A stretch of 64,000 nucleotides of DNA from Chloroflexia bacterium (GCA_046328475.1 JAXLWN010000019.1:12323-76322); one strand, 5' to 3'. Numbered from the stretch's first letter, positions 18,176 to 27,881 are shown. A program made the numbers and translations. The notes: generated from the sequence alone by a model not told the origin.

Positions 18176-18286
18176 AGGTCCATCCGGCCAGTGATGCTAA
18201 ATTGCAGCACTAAACTTCGCCAGGCAAGCACGGCGCTGTGCTATCATGCGCGCCGTTTTGGGTGGGATGATGAAAGGGGAGGGACG

Positions 18287-18712
18287 ATGGCGACGGAGTC
18301 GGATGCGCTGGCGAAATTGACGCCCGAGGTGCGGGCGTTCCTGGCGGAGCGGCGGTTCGCGGTCGTCGCCTCGATCCGCGCCGATGGCCTGCCGCACCAG
18401 ACGGTGATGTGGTACGAGCTGCGCGGCGATACGGTCCTGCTCAACGAGGGGGCGGCGCGGGCGCGCTCGAAGCATCTCCACCGCGATCCGCGCCTGTCGC
18501 TTTGCGTCGAGGCGGCTGATCGCTACGTCACCCTCAGTGGGCCGTGCGAGATGCAGTCGGCCGACCAGGAGGCCGCGCTGAACGACATCGTGGCGCTGGC
18601 GGTCCGCTACTCGGGCGAGGAGGAGGGCGAGAAGATGCGCGCCTTCTTCGAGCAGGAGATTCGCGAGACGATCATCATGCGGATCACGGGGGTGGATACG
18701 CGGTATTTCTGA
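18287..18712 (+). CDS. PPOX-class (pyridoxamine-5'-phosphate-oxidase-like, probably F420/FMN-binding) protein
   Basis: LTPEVRAFLAERRFAVVASIRADGLPHQTVMWYELRGDTVLLN...RDPRLSLCV. ATG 18287 is preceded by GGGGAGGGA. Confidence 0.7.
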   Translation: MATESDALAKLTPEVRAFLAERRFAVVASIRADGLPHQTVMWYELRGDTVLLNEGAARARSKHLHRDPRLSLCVEAADRYVTLSGPCEMQSADQEAALNDIVALAVRYSGEEEGEKMRAFFEQEIRETIIMRITGVDTRYF

Positions 18713-18740
18713 GCAGGCGGGCGGGGGCGAGCGGGCGAGT

Positions 18741-18940
18741 CGGCGAAACGGCGAAACGGCGAGACGGCGAAACGGCGACCAGGCGAAAAGGCGACATCTA
18801 AGCCGGACGCCACCGCCCATCGAGCGGGTCACCCCGCCCCTATCAGCAGATGGAGATGGGGCAGGGAATGAGGCAAATCGCCCGTTCGTCCCCTCGCCGT
18901 TTCGCCGTCTCGCCGTCTCGCCGTCTCGCCGTTTCGCCGT
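18741..18940. repeat. inverted arrays of an 8-nt tandem repeat (GGCGAAAC-like) flanking a ~100-nt spacer
   Basis: The left arm is (cggcgaaa/cggcgaga) x7 at 18741-18796. The right arm is (tcgccgtt/tcgccgtc) x6 at 18893-18940. The right arm abuts the YciI RBS. Confidence 0.8.
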
Positions 18941-18952
18941 AAGGAGGAGACG

Positions 18953-19360
18953 ATGCCGAAGTACCTGCTGCTGAAGCACTACCGGGGGGCACCGGCGGCG
19001 GTCAATGACGTGCCGATGGAGCAGTGGACGCCGGAGGAGCTGTCGGCGCACGTGCAGTACATGCGGGACTTCGCGGCGCGGCTCGTGGAGACCGGCGAGT
19101 TTGTCGATCATCAGGCGCTCTCCCCGGAGGGTACGTTCGTCCGCTACGGCGGCGAGGGGCAGCCGCTTGTCACCGACGGTCCATTCGCGGAGACGAAGGA
19201 GTTGATCGCCGGGTGGATGATGATCGATGTCGAGAGCTACGCGCGGGCGATCGAACTAGCGGGCGAACTGTCCGCCGCCCCGGGCGCGGGCGGGAAGCCG
19301 ATTCACGAGTGGCTTGAGGTGCGCCCGTTCCTGTCCATGTCCGCGTCCATCACGGAGTGA
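18953..19360 (+). CDS. YciI-family (YCII-related domain) protein
   Basis: MPKYLLLKHYRG...GPFAETKELIAGWMMIDVES. The stop overlaps the GTG start of the downstream sigma-factor gene (GTGA). Confidence 0.8.
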   Translation: MPKYLLLKHYRGAPAAVNDVPMEQWTPEELSAHVQYMRDFAARLVETGEFVDHQALSPEGTFVRYGGEGQPLVTDGPFAETKELIAGWMMIDVESYARAIELAGELSAAPGAGGKPIHEWLEVRPFLSMSASITE

Positions 19361-20514
19361 CGGTGGACGAGGCGCTGCTGCGGACCCTCACCCCCACCGT
19401 GATCGGCATCGTCGTGCGTCGCGGAGCAGACTTCGCGGCGGCGGAGGATGCCGTGCAGGAGGCCCTGGTCGAGGCCGTGCGCGCGTGGCCGGGCGACCCG
19501 CCGCGCGACCCCAAGGGCTGGCTCGTCACCGTGGCCTCGGCGCAAGCTGGACGCCGCCCGCGCCGATAGCGCCCGGCGGCACCGCGAGGAACGGGTCGAG
19601 GGCGAGCCACGGCCCGACCTGGGCGAGGCGGTGGACGACACGCTCCAGCTCTATTTCCTGTGCGCGCACCCCTCCCTGACCCCGGCCTCGGCGGTCGCGC
19701 TCACGCTGCGCGCGGTGGGTGGCCTGACCACGCGGCAGATCGCGCAAGCCTACCTCGTGCCGGAGGCGACGATGGCCCAGCGGATCAGCCGGGCCAAGCG
19801 GACCGTCGCGGGCGTTCGGTTCGACCAACCCGGCGATGTCGCCACGGTGCTGCGCGTGCTCTACCTCGTCTTCAACGAGGGCTACTCCGGCGACGTCGAC
19901 CTCGCCGCCGAGGCGATCCGGCTCGCGCGCCAGCTGGCGACCAGGACCTACCACGAGGAGGTCCGGGGCTGCTCGCGCTGATGCTGCTGCACCACGCACG
20001 GCGCGCGGCGCGGACCGGCCCCGATGGCAGGCTGGTGCCGCTGGCCGAGCAGGACCGCAGCCTGTGGGACACCCGCCTGATCGCCGAGGGGTTGACGTTC
20101 CAGGCCGCGTTGCCCGCGACCGCCTGGGCGAGTTCCAGGCCCAGGCGGCCATCGCCGCGCTCCACGCCGACGCCCGGACGGCCGAGGAGACCGACTGGGC
20201 GCAAATCGTCGAGTGGTACGACGAACTGGTGCGCCTCACCGACAGCCCGGTGGCCCGGCCTCAACCGGGCTCGCCGCGGTCGGCGAGGCCGACGGCCCGC
20301 AGGCCGGTCTGGCGGCCCTGGCGGAACTCGATCCGGCCCTGTTTCGCTACGCCGCCGTCGCGGCATACCCTGCACGAGCGCGACGGCGACGCGGTGACGT
20401 GGGTGGCGCGGCTCGGCGCCGCCGAGGCCGCCCGGGCGGCACTCCTACCTCCCTGAACGCGACCACCTCACGCGACAGGCCGCACGGCCCAACCGCGCGG
20501 CCAGGTGCGGGTGA
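19357..20514 (+). pseudogene. COG4941-type ECF-like sigma factor with C-terminal helical extension, at least 5 frameshifts
   Basis: Fragments lie in alternating frames: AEDAVQEALVEAVRAW; LQLYFLCAHPSLTPASAVALTLRAVGGLTTRQIAQAYLVPEATMAQRISRAKR; VLYLVFNEGY; LLALMLLHHARR; LGEFQAQAAIAALHA; and a terminal NERDHLTRQAA. Confidence 0.75.
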
Positions 20515-20535
20515 GCGGCGGGTGCGGAGGCCGGT

Positions 20536-20595
20536 GGACTGAAGTCCCGGCTGGAGGCGACCTACGGGTCGCCGCGAAGTCCGCCTGCGCGGACT
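20536..20595. repeat. REP-like unit (family 2, triple hairpin: ggactGAAGtcc ... agtccgc-ctg-cgcggact)
   Basis: Related copies are at 23318-23372 and 35861-35931. Confidence 0.7.
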
Positions 20596-20821
20596 GGGCG
20601 GTGCCGTTGCGAGACAGGGAGGTTTCGCAGGCGCTTCGGTATCCTCCGCACTGGCAGCGTGGCCCTCCGTGGTCCAGTCCTTGCGCTGATCGTGTATACG
20701 TGCTGCTGCGGTTGTCTGGTGCTGTTGCCGGGGCGTGAAGGCGATAGCTTTCCGGCTGAGTTCGCCCGCAGCGGTCTACACCCAACTCGCAGCGCAATCC
20801 CTGATGGTAAGGAGCAGCACG

Positions 20822-23287
20822 ATGGATGAGCGGCAGTTGGAGGGCCTTCTCGACAGGATGACGCTGGAGGAGTGGGTGGCGCTGTTGGCGGGCGCGTCGT
20901 CTTGACGACGGTGCCGATCGAGCGGGTGGGGATCCCGGCGCTCAAGGTGACGGATGGGCCGGAACGGGGCGCGCGGCGGCGGGAGCCCGGGTCGGCGGGG
21001 TGAGGGCGGCGAGTTTCCCAGTGGGGATCGCGCTGGCGGCGAGTTGGGACACAGCGCCGGTGCGGGAGATCGGGTGGCGTCGCTGCGCAGGAGGCGCGGA
21101 CGAAGGGGGGCGCGCGTGTTGCTCGGCCCGACGGTGAATATCCACCGCTCGCCGCTGACCGGCCGCAATTTCGAGGTTATAGCAGGACCCGCACCTCTCG
21201 GCGGATGGCGGTGGCCTATATCACCGGCTTGCAGAGCGAGGGGGTCGCGGCGACGGTCAAGCATTTCGTCGGGAATGAGTCGGAATTCGAGCGGATGACG
21301 ATCAGTTCCGAGATCGACGAGCGCACCCTGCGCGAGATCTATCTGCCGCCGTTCGAGGCGGCGGTGCGCGAGGCGGGGACGTGGGCGATCATGTGCGCCT
21401 ACAACCGGCTGAACGGCACCTACGCGGGCGAGCACTCCTGGTTGATCCGCGATCTGCTCAGGCGCGAGTGGGGGTTCGACGGCGTGATGATGTCGGACTG
21501 GTTCGCGACGCACAGCACCGCGCCCGCCGCTGCGGCGGGGCTGGATCTGGAGATGCCAGGGCCGACACGGTATCGCGGCGAGCAACTGGTCGCGGCGGTC
21601 AATGCGGGCGAGGTCGGAGAGGGGGCGATCGAGGAGAGTGCGCGCCGGGTGCTGCGGCTGATCGGGCGCGTGGGGGCGTTCGCGGACCCGGCGATCCCCG
21701 AGGAGCGGGCGATCGACCGGCCGGAGCATCGCGCGCTCATCCGTCGCGCCGGGGCGGCGGGGACGGTGCTGCTGAAGAATGCGGGGATTCTGCCGCTCGA
21801 TCCGAGCGGGCTTACGTCGGTCGCGATCATCGGCCCGAACGCCAGGACAGCGCGGATTATGGGGGGCGGCAGCGCCCAGCTCAACGCGCACTACCGGGTG
21901 AGTCCCTACGAGGGGCTGGTGGCGCGGCTGGGGCCGGGGGTGCGGCTCGATTACGAGATTGGTTGCACCAACGACAAGCTGCTGCCGCTGCTGCGCGGCC
22001 CGGTGGCGGTCGAGTACTTCGCCAATCGCGACCTCGGCGGTGCGGTGGTGCAGCGCGCGGAGCAGGAGGACGCCGAGGTGATGTGGCTCGCGCCGCCTGC
22101 GGAGGGGATCGACCGGGCGAATTTCTCGGCGCGGCTGACGGCGACCTTCACGCCGGACGAGGCTGGCGAGCATCATTTTGGGCTGATCAGCGCGGGGCGG
22201 AGCCGCCTGCTGGTGGATGGGCAACTGGTGGTGGAGAACTGGGAGGGGTGGCGGCCGGGGGAGAGCTATTTCGGCTCGGGCAGCGACGAGGTGGTGGGCA
22301 CGCGCGACCTGGAGGCGGGTCGCGCGTATCGGGTGACGATCGAGTATGCCAGCATCGCGGATGGGCGGCTCGGGATTCGCGCGGTGCGCGCCGGGGTGAC
22401 CAGGCCGCTGGGGGACGAGGCGATCGAGCGGGCGGCGCGAGTGGCCGGTGGGGCGGATGTGGCGCTGGTCTTCGCCGGGCTGAACGGCGAGTGGGATAGC
22501 GAGGGGGCGGATCGCCCCCACATCGGGCTGGTGGGTCGGCAGGATGAGCTGATCGAGCGGGTGGCGGCGGCGAATCCGAGGACGGTGGTCGTGTTGCAGA
22601 GTGGCGGTCCGCTGGCGATGCCCTGGTTGGGGCGGGTCGCGGGGGTGTTGCAGGCGTGGTATCCGGGGCAGGAGGCGGGGAACGCGATCGCCGATGTGCT
22701 GTTCGGCGATGTCGAGCCGGGCGGGCGGCTGCCGCAGACCTTCCCGGTGCGATTGGAGGATAACCCGGCGTTCATCAATTATCCGGGTGACAATGGCCGG
22801 GTGCGCTATGGCGAGGGGATTTTCGTCGGGTATCGCTACTACGACAAGAAGCGGATCGCGCCGCTCTTCCCGTTCGGCTTTCGGGCTGTCGTACACGACG
22901 TTCGAGTACGGCGAATTGCGGCTGAGCACCGAGGCGCTCGAGCCGGGCGGAGTGATCACAGCATCGGTGGCGGTGACGAATAGCGGGGAGCGGGCGGGCG
23001 CGGAGGTGGTGCAGTTCTACGTGCGCGACCCGCAGGCGAAGCTGATGCGGCCGGAACGGGAGTTGCGCGGCTTCGTGAAGTTGGCGTTGCAGCCGGGAGA
23101 GACGGGAACGGCGACGGTTGCGCTCGATATGCGGGCACTGGCCTATTTTGACGACGCTCGCGCGGCGTGGGTGGCGGAGGCGGGCGAGTTCGAGGTGCTG
23201 GTAGGGTCGTCGTCGCGGGACATTCGGGGAGGGCGGGGGTGGTGGTGGGGGGGGGTGTGGGTGGAGAACGTGGGCTCGGGCGAATGA
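20822..23287 (+). pseudogene. GH3-family beta-glucosidase, multiply frameshifted at both ends
   Basis: The central 1.6 kb is intact (KHFVGNESEFERMTISSEIDERTLREIYLPPFE...). The N-terminal 400 nt is split over three frames (MTLEEWVALLAGAS* / TTVPIERVGIPALKVTDGP / VRAASFPVGIALAASWDTAPVREIG / ARVLLGPTVNIHRSPLTGRNFE). The C-terminus (FGLSYTTFEYGEL...VQFYVRDP) is shifted at about 22870. Confidence 0.85.
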
Positions 23288-23317
23288 GGAAGGAACGGAC
23301 GCTTGCGGGGTGACACC

Positions 23318-23372
23318 GGGACTGAAGTCCCGGCTAAGGGCCTGCGGGCCACAAAGTCCGCTCACGCGGACT
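23318..23372. repeat. REP-like unit (family 2)
   Basis: gggactgaagtcccggctaagggcctgcgggccacaaagtccgctcacgcggact. Confidence 0.7.
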
Positions 23373-23412
23373 GGGGCGGGCAAACATCACGCCGAATATG
23401 CTACGCAACAGC

Positions 23413-24387
23413 CTATCGGAAGTGGGGGATGACGTCGCGGCCGATGGCTTCGATGGCGGCGAGGGGGTCGGGGCCGAGGGGGGGGCCGAAGCTGAGGTGG
23501 CGGACGCCGCGCGCATGCAGGGTTTCCAGGCGAGCGATCAGGTCCTGCGGGGTGCCGGTAATGCCGATGGCGAGCATCTTGTCGGTGACGAGATTGCGGG
23601 CTTTGAAGGGGTCGCGCTCGGTCATGACCGCGTGTTCGAGGGGGCGGAAGTCGTCCTGGGTGACGCCGAGGCGGTCCCAGATGGTGGGGCTGAGGGCGTG
23701 GCCGTAGTAGGCGATCTTGTCCTTGAGCGGGGCTTCGGCGGCGGCGCGGTCGGGGGCGATCGAGCACCAGATGCAGGCGGCGATGTCGAGGTCGGCGACG
23801 CTGCGCCCGGCGCGGGCAGCACCCTCGGCAATCAGGGGGTGGACTTCGTCGTAGCCCTCGGGCGGGAAGAGGAGGGGGAGCGCGCCGTCGGCAATCTCGC
23901 CGGTGAGGCGCAACATGCGCGGACTCATCGCGCCGAGGTAGATCGGGATGCGGCGGCCGGTGGGCGGGGTGAAGCGAAGGTAGGCGTCGTCGGTCCAGGC
24001 GGGATCGCCGCCGCGCTCGCCCGCGAGGATGGCGCGAATGGCGGTGACGGCGCGACGGGTGGTGTCGAGCGGGGCGGTCTGGGGCAGGCCGACCCACTTG
24101 AGGAATTCGCCCGCGCCCGCGCCGAGGCCGAGCAATGCGCGACCGCCGCTCCACTCGTCGAGCGTGGCGGCGAACATGGCGATTTCGGCGGGGTGGAGGG
24201 TGTAGGGGTTGAGGATGCAGGTGCCGACGCCGATCCGCTCGGTCGCGCCCGCGACGGCGGTGAGGATGACGGCGGAACTGCGCAGGAAGAGGTCGTGGCT
24301 GATCCAGAACTGGTCGAATCCGGCCGCCTCGGCGGCGCGGGCGAGGGTGAGGTAGTCGCGAACGGGGAGGTCGTTGTTGAGGCGCAA
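23413..24387 (-). CDS. LLM-class (luciferase-like) flavin/F420-dependent oxidoreductase
   Basis: (L)RLNNDLPVRDYLTLARAAEAAGFDQFWISHDLFLR...LGLGAG. The start is uncertain: TTG at 24387 is proposed, because the upstream part of the ORF (to 24507) is encoded by the heptamer repeats. Confidence 0.7.
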   Translation of the reverse strand: MRLNNDLPVRDYLTLARAAEAAGFDQFWISHDLFLRSSAVILTAVAGATERIGVGTCILNPYTLHPAEIAMFAATLDEWSGGRALLGLGAGAGEFLKWVGLPQTAPLDTTRRAVTAIRAILAGERGGDPAWTDDAYLRFTPPTGRRIPIYLGAMSPRMLRLTGEIADGALPLLFPPEGYDEVHPLIAEGAARAGRSVADLDIAACIWCSIAPDRAAAEAPLKDKIAYYGHALSPTIWDRLGVTQDDFRPLEHAVMTERDPFKARNLVTDKMLAIGITGTPQDLIARLETLHARGVRHLSFGPPLGPDPLAAIEAIGRDVIPHFR

Positions 24388-24394
24388 ACTGAAA

Positions 24395-24505
24395 CGGAGT
24401 GCGGAGTGCGGAGTGCGGAGTGCGGAATCGATTTGGGAGGCAGGCACAGGCAGCGCCGGGCCTCCTTCGTCATTCCGCATTCCGCACTCCCAATTCCGCA
24501 TTCGC
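24395..24505. repeat. inverted heptamer arrays (CGGAGTG)n / (cattccg, cactccg)n
   Basis: The left arm is at 24395-24430 and the right arm at 24471-24505. It overlaps the 3' end of the RidA ORF and the nominal 5' end of the LLM ORF. Confidence 0.8.
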
Positions 24506-24889
24506 AATCACGGCATCGGCGTCGATTTCGACGAGGTAGCCGTCGCCGACGAGGGCGCTGACTTCGACGAGGGTGTTGGCGGGGCGGGTTTCGGCGAAGT
24601 AGTGGCCGTGGGCGCGGCCAACCGCGACCCAGTCGTCGGCGCGGGTGACGTAGACGCGGGTGCGGACGACGTCGGCGAGGGAGGCCCCGGCGGCGGCGAG
24701 GGCGCGGCCAATTTTCTCGATGATGTAGCGCGTTTGGGCTTCGGGGTCGCCGCCACCGACGAGGTTGCCATCGTCGTCGGTGGCGGTGGTGCCGGAGACG
24801 AAGACGAGGTTGCCGACGCGGACGGCGCGAGAGTAGCCGACCTGGGTTTCCCAGATGGTGCCGGAGGAGATGCGTTGGCGGTCGATCAT
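24470..24889 (-). CDS. RidA/YjgF/TdcF-family (Rid) protein
   Basis: MIDRQRISSGTIWETQVGYSRAVRVGNLVFVSGTTA...DVVRTRVYV...ANTLVEV. The Met at 24889 is preceded by GGAGG. The last ~11 codons are repeat-encoded. Confidence 0.8.
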   Translation of the reverse strand: MIDRQRISSGTIWETQVGYSRAVRVGNLVFVSGTTATDDDGNLVGGGDPEAQTRYIIEKIGRALAAAGASLADVVRTRVYVTRADDWVAVGRAHGHYFAETRPANTLVEVSALVGDGYLVEIDADAVIANAELGVRNAE

Positions 24890-25230
24890 GGGCCTCCGTG
24901 TGGGCGAGAGGACGTGGTTCGTGACGGGTATTGTACAGGTAACGAGTAACGAGGGGACCAAAGACGAAGACCGCAGAGGCGCAGAGACGCAGAGAACGAC
25001 GCAGAGAACGAGAAAAGACGGATTGAACCACAGAGGACACAGAGGAGAGAAGAGAGTGGAGAGAGGAGGGAGGAGCAGATTCTTCGCTGCGCTCAGCATG
25101 ACAGGGGGAGGGATGGAGCTGCTGGATAAGGGGATGAGCGAGGAAGGTGGGGTGCAGTGCTTTTGGGGCGGGGTTCGGCTACCATAGGGGGAATTGTGAA
25201 GGGTGTTTGGGGCGGGTTGTGGGGTGATGG

Positions 25231-26304
25231 ATGGCGATGGGGGAGACGGGATATGTGAGGATGGTGCGCCGGGGTGGGATGCTCGGGCGATTGCTGCGGG
25301 CGCTCGGCGCGGTTTCGCTCTTCTGGAAGGTGCTGCTCGCCAATGCGGTGCTGGTGCTCGGCTCGGTGCTGGCGGGGATGTTGCTGGCGGCGCACGCGGC
25401 GACGAGCACGCGCGAGGAAGAATCCTGGGCGCTGCTGGGCTATGCGGCGGGGGTGACGGGGCTGACGCTGCTGGTCAATGCGCTGGTGCTGCGCGCGGCA
25501 TTTTTGCCATTGCAGCGATTGGAGCGAACGGCTGACGCGGTGCGGCGGGGGGATTATCGCCGCCGCGCGCCGCATTCGCTCTTGAACGATCCGATGATCC
25601 AGCGGCTCACCGATGCGTTCAACGCGATGCTGGCGGTGCAGGAGGAGGGGCGCGCGGAGTTGGCGGCGTTGTCATCGCGGGCGCTGGCGGCGCAGGAGGA
25701 GGAGCGGCGGCGGATCGCGCGCGAGTTGCACGATGAGACGGCGCAGGAATTGACGGCGCTGCTGGTGCGGATCCGGCTGGCGGCGGATGGGAGTCGCGAG
25801 CCGGCGACGCGCGAGCGGTTGGCCGAACTGCGCGCGGCGGCGGCGAACGCGCTCGACGGGGTGCGTCGGCTGGCGCGCGAGTTGCGGCCGACGATTCTGG
25901 ACGACCTGGGACTGGTGGAGGCGGTGCGGGCGCACGCGCAGGATCTCTCGGCGCGGGGTCTGGTGAAGATCGCGGTGGAGGTGACGGGCTGCGAGGATCG
26001 GCTCGACCCGGACCGCGAGTTGGTGCTCTACCGCGTGATTCAGGAGGCGTTGAGCAACGCGGTGAAGCACGCCGAGGCGCGATCGATCGAGGTGACGCTG
26101 GCGCGCTCCGACGGCGCGATCACGGCGATGGTCTCGGATAATGGCCGGGGCTTCGATCCGGCGAAGGTGGTCGTGCCCTCGCCGACGGGGCAGGGGCTCG
26201 GTCTGCTGGGGATGCGCGAGCGGCTGACGCTGGTCGGCGGTAAGCTGGAACTCGATGCGCTGCCGGGGGGCGGGACGACGGTGCGGGCGACGGTGCCGGT
26301 GTGA
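25231..26304 (+). CDS. sensor histidine kinase, NarL/DegS type (HisKA_3 + HATPase_c)
   Basis: Two N-terminal TM helices, a HAMP-like linker, an H-box ERRRIARELHDETAQ, an N-box EALSNAVKHA and G-boxes DNGRGF and GLGLLGMRER. The start codon is uncertain. Confidence 0.85.
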   Translation: MAMGETGYVRMVRRGGMLGRLLRALGAVSLFWKVLLANAVLVLGSVLAGMLLAAHAATSTREEESWALLGYAAGVTGLTLLVNALVLRAAFLPLQRLERTADAVRRGDYRRRAPHSLLNDPMIQRLTDAFNAMLAVQEEGRAELAALSSRALAAQEEERRRIARELHDETAQELTALLVRIRLAADGSREPATRERLAELRAAAANALDGVRRLARELRPTILDDLGLVEAVRAHAQDLSARGLVKIAVEVTGCEDRLDPDRELVLYRVIQEALSNAVKHAEARSIEVTLARSDGAITAMVSDNGRGFDPAKVVVPSPTGQGLGLLGMRERLTLVGGKLELDALPGGGTTVRATVPV

Positions 26305-26305
26305 T

Positions 26306-26418
26306 GAGTCGTGAGTCGTGAGTCGTGAGTCGTGAGAGGGCTACGCCAAGCTTGTGCTCTCACTGGCAGCATCGTCGGCCATGGAGATTCTCACGACTCA
26401 CGACTCACGACTCACGAC
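26306..26418. repeat. inverted heptamer arrays (GTCGTGA)4 ... (TCACGAC)4 between the kinase and regulator genes
   Basis: Arms are at 26306-26336 and 26390-26418, with a ~53-nt loop. Confidence 0.85.
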
Positions 26419-26433
26419 TAACCAAGGATTGCG

Positions 26434-27105
26434 ATGAGCGAAACGATGGTCCGGCCGATTCGGGTGCTGCTGGCGGATGACCACGGGATTTTGCGCGCGG
26501 GGTTGCGGGCGCTGCTGGGGAATGAGCCGGATATCGAGGTGGTCGGCGAGGCGGCGGATGGCGAGGAGGCGGTCGCGCAGACAGCGGCGCTCGATCCGGA
26601 TGTGGTGGTGCTCGATATTGCGATGCCGCACCTGGACGGGTTGGAGGCGACGCGGCGGATTCGCGACCGGGGCTTGCGCGCGAAGATCCTGATCCTGACG
26701 GTGCACGCGGAGGAGCGGTATCTGCTGCCGGTGCTGCGCGCGGGCGGCGCGGGCTATGTGCTGAAGAGCGGCGCGGATACCGATCTGCTCGACGCGATCC
26801 GGACGGTGGCGCGCGGCGATGCGTTCCTCTACCCAGGCGCGACGCGGCTGCTGCTCTCCGAGTATCTGGGCAAGGAGGGGGAGCCGCGCGACCGGAGCAA
26901 GGCGCTGTCGGAGCGGGAGCGGCAGGTGCTGGCGCTGACGGCGGAGGGCTATAGTGCCCAGGAGATCGGCGAGCGGCTGATCCTGAGCCCGAAGACGGTG
27001 GAGACTTATCGCGAGCGGGCGATGCAGAAATTGGGGCTGCGGCGACGGGCGGATATTGTGCATTACGCGCTGAGGAGCGGGTTGTTGCAGTCGCCGGAAG
27101 GGTAG
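26434..27105 (+). CDS. NarL/FixJ-family response regulator (REC + LuxR HTH)
   Basis: IRVLLADDHGILRAGL...DVVVLDIAMPHLDG...KILILT, followed by LSERERQVLALTAEGYSAQEIGERLILSPKTVETYR. Confidence 0.9.
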   Translation: MSETMVRPIRVLLADDHGILRAGLRALLGNEPDIEVVGEAADGEEAVAQTAALDPDVVVLDIAMPHLDGLEATRRIRDRGLRAKILILTVHAEERYLLPVLRAGGAGYVLKSGADTDLLDAIRTVARGDAFLYPGATRLLLSEYLGKEGEPRDRSKALSERERQVLALTAEGYSAQEIGERLILSPKTVETYRERAMQKLGLRRRADIVHYALRSGLLQSPEG

Positions 27106-27169
27106 GGCGAATGACGAATGACGATTGACGAATGAGGCGGGGCCTGAGTTGGGCGGGGGAGGAGGGGGA

Positions 27170-27460
27170 ATGGTTTCGTTGCAGTCCACGGTGGTGGCGG
27201 CGACCGAGCAGGTTTCGGCCGATCTGGATGGGGAGATGGCGATCCTCAATTTGAGCAACGGGGTCTATTACGGGCTCAATCCGGTCGGGGCACGGGTTTG
27301 GGAGCTGGTGCAGGCACCGGGGACGGTCGCCGCGCTCTGCGAGCAATTGCTGGCGGAGTTCGACGTGGAGCGGGGGCGCTGCGAGCAGGAAGTGCTGGCG
27401 CTGCTGGCCGATCTGGAGGGCGCGGGGTTGGTCGAGGTGCGCGATGGGCAGGCTGCGTAA
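27170..27460 (+). CDS. PqqD-family protein: lasso-peptide B1 (RiPP recognition element)
   Basis: 96 aa: VSADLDGEMAILNLSNGVYYGLNPVGARVWELV...LCEQLLAEFDV. ATG 27170 follows GGAGGAGGGGGA. It overlaps the B2 start by 17 nt. Confidence 0.85.
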   Translation: MVSLQSTVVAATEQVSADLDGEMAILNLSNGVYYGLNPVGARVWELVQAPGTVAALCEQLLAEFDVERGRCEQEVLALLADLEGAGLVEVRDGQAA

Positions 27461-27881
27461 GCTGCTCGCGTTGTCGGGTGCCGAGCGACGGCTGCTGATC
27501 CGGGCGCTGCCGCTGGTGGTGCTGGTGCGGGTGGCGCTGTGGGTGCTGCCGTTTCGCAGGCTGCGGCGCTGGCAGGGGCGCTGGGCAACCCCGGCGGCGA
27601 GCGTGCGGGGCGACGAGGCGATGATCCCGCCGGTGGTGCGCGCGGTGACGCTCGCCAGCCGGGCGGTGCCGGGGGCGTCCTGTTTGACGCAGGCGCTGGC
27701 GGCGCAGGTGCTGCTGGCGCGACGCGGTTGCCCGAGCGAGCTGCGGCTGGGCGTCGGGCGCGGGGCGGATCGCCGCTTCGCGGCCCATGCGTGGCTCGAA
27801 TATGAGGGGCGGCCGATCATCGGGGAGTTCGAGGCCGGGCGCTTCACCCCGCTGCCGACATTGGCCGGGGAGCGGCGGTGA
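27444..27881 (+). CDS. lasso-peptide B2 leader peptidase (transglutaminase-like Cys protease)
   Basis: 145 aa with CLTQALAAQVLLARRG (catalytic Cys context) and HAWLEYEGRPI (His), typical of the lasso B2 family. Confidence 0.85.
   Translation: MGRLRKLLALSGAERRLLIRALPLVVLVRVALWVLPFRRLRRWQGRWATPAASVRGDEAMIPPVVRAVTLASRAVPGASCLTQALAAQVLLARRGCPSELRLGVGRGADRRFAAHAWLEYEGRPIIGEFEAGRFTPLPTLAGERR

Noticed and set aside
23413-24507. Considered the full 364-aa ORF start (MRMRNWECGMRNDEGG...) for the LLM oxidoreductase.
   Set aside because: The first ~40 codons are translated from the heptamer arrays and have no counterpart in the LLM family. A TTG at 24387, giving (M)RLNNDLPV..., fits the usual family N-terminus better, though this is unverified.
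26306-26418. Considered whether the short tandem repeat arrays (here and at 18741, 24395, 41707, 42843, 55405 and 59012) are CRISPR arrays.
   Set aside because: The units are only 7-8 nt and directly abutting, without spacers. They occur as inverted pairs, and no cas genes are present.
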